The notes below the pieces were generated by a model. The model ran no database searches, had not been told where the DNA came from, and was given only the letters and a program-made list of their open reading frames with translations. A stretch of 64,000 nucleotides of DNA from Candidatus Iainarchaeum sp. GTDB taxonomy: Archaea > Iainarchaeota > Iainarchaeia > Iainarchaeales > UBA10219. The stretch spans positions 1 to 64,000 of the forward strand of contig JAGVWE010000005.1 in assembly GCA_018304425.1 (NCBI GenBank), read 5' to 3'. The position numbers and the translations under genes are program-made. Shown one piece after another: positions 57,900 through 64,000 of the stretch; position 1 is the first letter of the stretch, and every line of letters starts with the position of its first letter.

Positions 57900-58220
57900 T
57901 TGATTAGGGAAGGCTACTTCAAGTCCAGGGCCCTGATGCTGGTTTTCGAGGCACTGGCCACGGTGCCGGATGCCAGCCCCGTGCTTATCCGGCAATTGAC
58001 CGGGCTCCCCGAGCGAACCACTCGCCACTCACTGGCACGCCTAGCCAGGCTAGGCCTCCTCCAAACCGTTCCCGACTACTCGGACTTGCGCGCAAAAAAG
58101 TTCAAGCTAAATGAACCGCCTGGAATCGACTTGCTTGCGTTTGGGGTCCCGCAGGCGTTCCAACAAGGGTCGGGTCACCCGTTGGTGGCGTTCGGCAAAC
58201 CGGGTGGGTCTCGGGGTTGA
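57900..58220 (+). CDS. Winged-HTH (MarR/ArsR-like) protein, start uncertain
   Basis: LTGLPERTTRHSLARLARLGLL...DLRAKKF. Confidence 0.6.
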   Translation: MIREGYFKSRALMLVFEALATVPDASPVLIRQLTGLPERTTRHSLARLARLGLLQTVPDYSDLRAKKFKLNEPPGIDLLAFGVPQAFQQGSGHPLVAFGKPGGSRG

Positions 58221-58274
58221 GCCAGCCATGCATTAAATGGCGTTTAACTCCTTAATAAAAGTAGGCTGACCGGA

Positions 58275-58487
58275 CTATTCCTCTTCCACTTCTTCGGCTG
58301 CGCCGAACTCTTCCGCGATTTCTTCGTCGAAGTACTTTTCTTTTTCGGTGACTAGCTTGAATTTGCCATTGTCCACCTTGATGACCAAATCGACTGTGCA
58401 CTCGGGGCACTGGAGGAGGTCGTCTTCCTCGTAGTCGTTGACGCTCAAGTCAAAGCCCTCCTTGCACTCAGGGCACTTGACTTTCAT
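58275..58487 (-). CDS. Acidic zinc-ribbon protein, LysW-like
   Basis: CPEC...CPEC and highly acidic tail; lacks C-terminal EDWGE. Confidence 0.7.
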   Translation of the reverse strand: MKVKCPECKEGFDLSVNDYEEDDLLQCPECTVDLVIKVDNGKFKLVTEKEKYFDEEIAEEFGAAEEVEEE

Positions 58488-58585
58488 GTTGGGTGTGCGC
58501 ATGTATAGATTTTTATTCCACTCAACTGGTTTATAAATCTTCGCCGATTTTGCCCTTTAACGGGAACGAATGACCGATTTTGGGC

Positions 58586-59200
58586 TCAAAAATAGCCTGA
58601 AAACAGGCCCACCACGGCCAAGACCAGGGCCAGCACCACGAGGTTCTTGAGCGTGCCACCCGGCCCCGTGGCGGCAATGACGGCATACCAGACGAACAGG
58701 GATTCCAGGGCCAACAACAAGCCGATTCCCAGGAACAGGAAACCCAGGCCCAGGGAAAAGAAGTCCGAGCTCAAGGGCACCCGTTGAGCGATTGCCTGCA
58801 GGTCCTGGAGGGAGGAAGCCTGTTGCACGCCCTTCAACTCGGCGAACAAACCCGGCAACAACAGGAACGCTACCAGGAAGGACAGTACCACGAGCACCGC
58901 ATTGAACAACCGCGTCAAGGAAAGCGCGCTCAGAAGGCCCACGAACTTGCCTTGCACGGCCTTTCCCTTCAAGAGGTACAATAACACGTAGAGGAAGGCC
59001 GTGGAAACAATCCAGAACACGACGTCCTTGGCGGCATCCACTACGGGCTTGGTGGAAATCGGTGCCCTCAACAGGGCAGCCAACCCCACCAGCACGAGGG
59101 TGGGCAGCACGACCAGGGCCAGGGAAACCACGAGGTTGGGGTGGGCCAGGCAGTCCTTGGCGGTCTTGCCTGGATGGAAAAAAGCGTTCAAGGGGTTCAT
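58586..59200 (-). CDS. Yip1-like membrane protein
   Basis: FFHP.KT N-terminal motif, KGK...F..LL, about 5 TMs. Confidence 0.65.
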   Translation of the reverse strand: MNPLNAFFHPGKTAKDCLAHPNLVVSLALVVLPTLVLVGLAALLRAPISTKPVVDAAKDVVFWIVSTAFLYVLLYLLKGKAVQGKFVGLLSALSLTRLFNAVLVVLSFLVAFLLLPGLFAELKGVQQASSLQDLQAIAQRVPLSSDFFSLGLGFLFLGIGLLLALESLFVWYAVIAATGPGGTLKNLVVLALVLAVVGLFSGYF

Positions 59201-59235
59201 GGACGTCAACTATATGGCTTTACAGGTATTTAAAG

Positions 59236-60213
59236 CTATTTTTCGAAGGCCTTCCGCACCGGGGCCAGCACCCGCGCGGTTTCAAACGCTACCGCGTTCT
59301 TCAAGTCCAGGGGGTGCAGTTTCTTTTCCGCGAAAGCGGCTTCGAGTTCCTGCATGGAGGCAAACTCCGCGTTGCCGCCGAACTTGGCAGGCCGCTCGAC
59401 CCTCAGTTTTCCCAGGCGCGGGAACAAGACGTACTTCGCGATTTCCATCACGGGGTTGTCTTCCACGGTTCCTTCTGGGCAGTAGGCCTTGACGAGCTTC
59501 TTCTTGATGGCTTCCTCGGAGTCCCGCACCGAAATCATGGAGTCCGGGATGCTGGAACTCATCTTCTTGCCGGGACCCAACAAGGAGTTCACGAGCGGAG
59601 TATGAACGCAGCCGAACACCGGATAATTAATCGCGTGCATGGTCTCGCGGCCCAGCATGTGGATTTTCCGCTGCTCGATGCCGGCCTGCGCGACGTCCAC
59701 CTTCAAGTGCTTGATGTCCGCAATCTGCATCAAGGGGTAAATCATCTGGCACACGTGCGCGTTCTCGAAGTCGCGCGCGACTTCCTGCATGGAGCGCATG
59801 GCGCGGTTCAAGGTCGTGGCAATCGACAACTTCAACACGTCTTCGACGTATTCGGGGGTCTGCTGGAAGTCGCTGCCCAAAACGAATTCCGGGTCCTCAA
59901 GGCCGAGCTTCGCGAACTGCTTCTGGTCGAGCTTGGCCATGGCACTGATTTCCTCCTTCGAACCCTTGCGGTTGAGCATGGCGTGCCAGTCGGCCAACAA
60001 AATCTTGACGTGGAAGCCGGCCTTCTCCAAGTCCATAAGCTTGGTAACCGTTACCATGTGGCCCAGGTGCACTTCCCCTGAAGTCTCGTAGCCGCAATAG
60101 GTTATGGGCTTCTTCTTGGTCTCCAAGACTTTCCGGATGTCTTCCTCGGTGACAAGCTCCACGGTGTTGCGCCGGATGAGTTCGAGGCGCTCGGAGAGGT
60201 TCATGCAATCCAT
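59236..60213 (-). CDS. tyrS: Tyrosyl-tRNA synthetase (archaeal type)
   Basis: YCGYETSG..HLGH, LAD.HA, YPLMQ..D, KMSSS, LHPLDLK. Confidence 0.95.
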   Translation of the reverse strand: MDCMNLSERLELIRRNTVELVTEEDIRKVLETKKKPITYCGYETSGEVHLGHMVTVTKLMDLEKAGFHVKILLADWHAMLNRKGSKEEISAMAKLDQKQFAKLGLEDPEFVLGSDFQQTPEYVEDVLKLSIATTLNRAMRSMQEVARDFENAHVCQMIYPLMQIADIKHLKVDVAQAGIEQRKIHMLGRETMHAINYPVFGCVHTPLVNSLLGPGKKMSSSIPDSMISVRDSEEAIKKKLVKAYCPEGTVEDNPVMEIAKYVLFPRLGKLRVERPAKFGGNAEFASMQELEAAFAEKKLHPLDLKNAVAFETARVLAPVRKAFEK

Positions 60214-60308
60214 GAGAGCCAATGAGCTAATAAAAGTTAGCCCAATTTGCCCGCTATTTAAGGTTCTACGGGTGAGAGATTTAAACCCTCTCCAGGCTAC
60301 TGTTTGCT

Positions 60309-60734
60309 ATGGCCCGCAAAACCGTGCTCGCCTTCGGCACCTTCGACCTGCTGCACCCCGGGCACCTCAGCTACCTTCGGCAGGCCAAGCGGTTGGGTCG
60401 GCGGCTTACCGTCATCGTGGCCCGCGACGTCAACGTGCAGCGCATCAAGCACCGGAAGCCCTTGTTCGACGAGCGGCAGCGGCTGGCCATGGTGCGGGCC
60501 CTCAAAAAAGTGGACCAAGCCGTGCTCGGCTTTGCCGACGACCTCTACAAGTCGGTGGCGAGGTTCAAGCCGGACGTGATTGCCCTGGGCTACGACCAGG
60601 GGCCTTCCACGGCCGTCATCAGGCGGGAGCTGGCCAAGCGGGGCCTGCACCCCCGCATCGCCCGGTGCAAGCCCTTCAAGCCCCGAAAGCACAAGTCCAC
60701 CCACTTAAAGCAGCGGCTCCGGGGAGGCAACTGA
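60309..60734 (+). CDS. ribL: FAD synthase (RibL) / cytidylyltransferase family
   Basis: FGTFDLLHPGH, VARD, PDVIALGYDQ. Confidence 0.85.
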   Translation: MARKTVLAFGTFDLLHPGHLSYLRQAKRLGRRLTVIVARDVNVQRIKHRKPLFDERQRLAMVRALKKVDQAVLGFADDLYKSVARFKPDVIALGYDQGPSTAVIRRELAKRGLHPRIARCKPFKPRKHKSTHLKQRLRGGN

Positions 60735-60773
60735 AGGACAAAGATTATTAAGGCCCGTAAATACGTAAATGAT

Positions 60774-61442
60774 ATGCCGGAACCGCCAAAACCGGAATCC
60801 ATGAAAAAACCGGGTGGGCCAAAAAATTCGTTTCTCCGCGGCCTATTGGCACGAGACGCCGCGAAAGAACGACCACTCATGCCCGAAGAAAAACGGCGAC
60901 GTCTCGTACTTGCTGCACGCCGGAACCGCTTGGCCGAGCAGTTCAAGGCACTGGAATTCTATCACGACGAGAACCGCGTGAAACCCTGGATGGCCCAGCA
61001 GTTGGGCGGGCTCCGGGCTGACGTAAGGCATTGCGGGGCTTTCATGCCCTCCCATGGCCAGACCACGATTTTTCCCCTGGAAACCGGCATCCGGCAAACC
61101 CTGGCCCACCTCGCTGACCTCGAGCGGGAGCTGCAGCAAGTGGAACCCAATGGCATGACCCAGGAACAAGCAAGGACGCGCCTGGCCCTGGCCAAGGCGC
61201 CACTTGAGCGGGTGCTGCACTTGTTGGAGGGCTGCCAGGCCTATGCGGAGGAAGTGGAGGCCAGGCAGCAGGATGACCTTGAAAGAGCCGATGCAAAAAT
61301 GGCGGAGGCCAGGGCGCATTTCATTGGCTCCGGGTTTCCGGAAGCCGCCTTGAAGGAACTGACAACTCTGATCCGGCGGCATGTGCCTGAAAACCTTCGC
61401 ATAACCAGGAGCTTTCGGGCACCTGAAAACTTCCAGGTCTAG
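60774..61442 (+). CDS. Orphan helical protein with Pro/Lys/Arg-rich N-terminus
   Basis: MPEPPKPESMKKPGGPK start, coiled-coil-like body. Confidence 0.6.
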   Translation: MPEPPKPESMKKPGGPKNSFLRGLLARDAAKERPLMPEEKRRRLVLAARRNRLAEQFKALEFYHDENRVKPWMAQQLGGLRADVRHCGAFMPSHGQTTIFPLETGIRQTLAHLADLERELQQVEPNGMTQEQARTRLALAKAPLERVLHLLEGCQAYAEEVEARQQDDLERADAKMAEARAHFIGSGFPEAALKELTTLIRRHVPENLRITRSFRAPENFQV

Positions 61443-61446
61443 GCAT

Positions 61447-62208
61447 TCACGGCGTGGCTGTTTTTTTCTGGCAGAAGAAAGTCCAGCTGACTTCATCGCC
61501 GGGAAAGTCGAAGCGCCCGAAGTGGTGGTAGGCTGGGTTGTCCAAGACGAAGTCGTTGACTGCCGCGCAGACCTCGAACTCGGCAGGCGAAAAATCGTGG
61601 AAGACAATCCAGCCGTCCTTGCACACGAATGGCTCCCATTCCAGGAAATCGGTTTTGGCGCCGACATAGGAGTGGTCGCCGTCGATGAAGAGCAGCCTGA
61701 TTTTCTGGTCGCGTGGCCAGCGCCTGGCCGCCGGCTGCGAGAAGTCCCGGCAGACCTCCACCCAGGCGGTCACGCCCGCCGTGCGGAGGTTTTCTTCGAG
61801 GGCCTGTCCCCGGTGCATGAGTTGGGGGTCAACGGCATACACTTTTTCGCGGTTCGCTGCCTTGGAGCCCGCTGCCAGGCAACAGGTGGAGGCCCCATGG
61901 TAGCTCCCGATTTCCACGATGGCCCCTTGCCCGGAACCGTTTCGGGCCAGGTCGTAGAGGAAGCAACCGGTTTCAAGGGACACCAGGAACCGCATGCTGG
62001 GCGCCAGCCGCTCGATGACTTCGTGGATGAACTGGGCGTGAGGGCGGTGGTGTTGCAGGGGCAGCTTTTCAAAGAAGCCCGGGTGCGTGGCAAAAAAGAG
62101 GGAACGCAGCAGGCTCCGGGCAAGCTCGTTTCTCCCGGTGCCGAAGAGGGGCCGGAGCGCGTGCTTGGCGGCCAGCAAAAAAGCCATTCCCGTGGATGCA
62201 GAACCCAT
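61447..62208 (-). CDS. Class I SAM-dependent methyltransferase (Methyltransf_24-like)
   Basis: IVEIGSYHGAST, AVDP, LFIDGDHSY, IVFHD. Confidence 0.85.
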   Translation of the reverse strand: MGSASTGMAFLLAAKHALRPLFGTGRNELARSLLRSLFFATHPGFFEKLPLQHHRPHAQFIHEVIERLAPSMRFLVSLETGCFLYDLARNGSGQGAIVEIGSYHGASTCCLAAGSKAANREKVYAVDPQLMHRGQALEENLRTAGVTAWVEVCRDFSQPAARRWPRDQKIRLLFIDGDHSYVGAKTDFLEWEPFVCKDGWIVFHDFSPAEFEVCAAVNDFVLDNPAYHHFGRFDFPGDEVSWTFFCQKKTATP

Positions 62209-62234
62209 TCAAGTACCTTCCGTGAATCATGCTT

Positions 62235-63329
62235 TTAAATTCGTTCCCGTGAACCGGAACCAGCCGCTTCCTCGTAGACGGCTTTCAGTTTCCGCCGGAT
62301 TTCGTCGGGATTGAATTGCTGGTCAAACCGTTTCCGGCTTTCCCGGCCCATGCGCGTACACAAAGCCCTTGATTCAACGAGTTGCTTCAGGCCCACGTAA
62401 ACGGATTCCGCGTCCCCGGGCCGGCAGACGAAACCGTTTCTTCCATCCGTGATTTTTTCACCCAGGCCCTGCACGTCCGAGACCACGAGGGGCAAGCCAT
62501 AGAACAGGGCCTCCACGGCCGCCACCCCAAACCCCTCCCACCGCGAGGGCATGCAGTAGGCGTCCGCCTCCGCAAACAAGGAGTGCACGCGGGCCAAGTC
62601 CACGTCAAAGTAGGCCTGGATGGCCGGGTTGGACTGGATGGCTTGCAGGGCTTGCAGGGGAACGTTGGCTTGGCGGGTGACCAGGGAGAGGCGCAGGCCA
62701 CCCACTTCCCGGGAAAGCCGCTCAAAGGCCGCCAAGAGCTCCAACCCGCCCTTCCGCTCGAAGTCGCGGCCGACGAACAGGAGGTGGAAGCCCTCGTGTT
62801 TTTTCCGGGGCAAGGGCATTGGCTCGAGGAGGCAGGGAATGACTGCAATCTTCGATTCCTCTACCTTCACCCGGCGCAACAGCGTCTGCTTGGAGTGCTC
62901 GGAGTGCAAGACTATTTTCTTGCAGCGCGGCAAGGCCAGCAGCTTTTCCGCAATCCGTTTTCCCAGGGGGGTAAAGGGGGCGTCGCCCCACAACTGGTCC
63001 ACGTTGATGATGCCGGGTTTTTCCGCGAAAACGATGTGGTTGGATTCCACCAAGTCCATTTCCTTGAGTCGGGGAGAGAGGGTCACGAAGGCGCGGGGGA
63101 ACCGCCACCAAATCTCGCCGAACGGGCGGTGCAGCAGGCAAAACAAGTCCGTGGGGCTGAACTCCCACACGGGTAGGGCGTGTGCGGGGTCAACGCAGCC
63201 CTGCAGCCTTGGATGCGACAAATAGCTCTCCGGATAGAAGTATTCCACGTCCTTGGGCGGCTTGGAGAACATGGCGCGCAAGTAGGTGGGGGAGCCCATG
63301 GCCGCGGTGTTGGCCACGAAGACCTTCAT
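62235..63329 (-). CDS. GT4-family glycosyltransferase
   Basis: FVGRDFERKGG, PSRWEGFGVAAVEAL; start at MKVFV 63329. Confidence 0.9.
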   Translation of the reverse strand: MKVFVANTAAMGSPTYLRAMFSKPPKDVEYFYPESYLSHPRLQGCVDPAHALPVWEFSPTDLFCLLHRPFGEIWWRFPRAFVTLSPRLKEMDLVESNHIVFAEKPGIINVDQLWGDAPFTPLGKRIAEKLLALPRCKKIVLHSEHSKQTLLRRVKVEESKIAVIPCLLEPMPLPRKKHEGFHLLFVGRDFERKGGLELLAAFERLSREVGGLRLSLVTRQANVPLQALQAIQSNPAIQAYFDVDLARVHSLFAEADAYCMPSRWEGFGVAAVEALFYGLPLVVSDVQGLGEKITDGRNGFVCRPGDAESVYVGLKQLVESRALCTRMGRESRKRFDQQFNPDEIRRKLKAVYEEAAGSGSRERI

Positions 63330-64000
63330 TGAACCGCCTCGGCGTAGACTCTTCGGAGGATGGGCTGGACGGCTTCCGGTGAATAGTTCGCCTGGATTTT
63401 TTCCAGCGCGGCCCTTCCCATGCGCCTCCGTTTCTGGGCATCGGCGAGCAGGGCTTCCAAGGCGTTTCGCAGGCCCGGAACATCCCCGGGTTCGGTCAAA
63501 AACCCTTCCCTGCCTTCTTCGACCATTTCCGGAATAGCGCACATCCGCGAGCTGATGACCGGCAAGCCAAAGGACAGGGCTTCGAGGACGGCATAGGGCC
63601 CGGCGTCGGCCAGGGTGGGCAGGCAAAAGAAATCGGCTTGCCGGTAGAGGCCGAGCAAGGCCGGACGGTCTTGCACGTAAGGGCGGAGTTCGAGGTTCTT
63701 CACGCCCGCAAACTCGTAACGAATTTTTTCCGCGTCATGCATTAAGCCGGCTACGACCAATTTAGCCCGGTTTTTTTCCCCAAACCCCTTGAAGGCTTCG
63801 AGGAGACAGCGGCCACCCTTGCGCTCGAAGTTGTTGCCCACGAAGAGGATGACCGGTACCGGGTTGTCGGGAATGGACTGGGGCTGGGGCCGGACCATCG
63901 GATGCACGAGCGTCATTTTTTCTTCGGGATACGGCAAGCGGTTCGCCAGTTCCTTGAACGCCCACTTGGTGTGCGGCATCAACTGCTTGACGTTGGGGCT
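63326..64000 (-). CDS. GT4-family glycosyltransferase (5' truncated by window)
   Basis: FVGNNFERKGG, PT..D..PYAVLEALSFGLPVI. Confidence 0.88.
   Translation of the reverse strand, partial: SPNVKQLMPHTKWAFKELANRLPYPEEKMTLVHPMVRPQPQSIPDNPVPVILFVGNNFERKGGRCLLEAFKGFGEKNRAKLVVAGLMHDAEKIRYEFAGVKNLELRPYVQDRPALLGLYRQADFFCLPTLADAGPYAVLEALSFGLPVISSRMCAIPEMVEEGREGFLTEPGDVPGLRNALEALLADAQKRRRMGRAALEKIQANYSPEAVQPILRRVYAEAVQ

Noticed and set aside
57930-58230. Possible SRP or RNase P RNA in a GC-rich stretch
   Set aside because: Conserved SRP helix-8 and RNase P motifs not found; the region encodes a wHTH protein

Overview
Gene-dense, GC-rich archaeal chromosomal segment (TFB, HMf-type histone, S8e, L35Ae, Cgi121, Hef, ScpA/ScpB, archaeal TyrS). 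The gene mix and the many basic orphan ORFs suggest a DPANN lineage such as Iainarchaeota/Diapherotrites; this is an inference, not a classification. From left to right: the right end of an IS200-type element (tnpA 3' end plus hairpin) that cuts into a host orphan gene; secreted/surface proteins (Cys-rich, CARDB, two paralogues sharing an uncharacterised beta-domain); a pfkB-gcvT/H/PA/PB-lplB/lplA-ahcY one-carbon cluster; housekeeping genes; a small Cys-rich locus with three TTCAA-N6-TTGAA boxes around a Csa3/CARF-like regulator; an AbrB-PIN toxin-antitoxin pair; a lower-GC islet with a DUF3800 (RNase H-like) gene and a convergent structured small RNA with its own TATA-like box; an ilvE-LeuDH-divergent ilvC-tal-tkt operon near panB; an intron-less tRNA-Trp; cysS, tyrS; and the edge of a glycosyltransferase cluster. 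The best candidates for an undescribed system are the DUF3800/antisense-RNA module, the CARF-like regulon, a possible valine-to-pantoate route using a remodelled IlvC, and a K/R-rich HMG/YABBY-like protein next to scpA. All family calls come from motif recognition by eye; no database searches were run.
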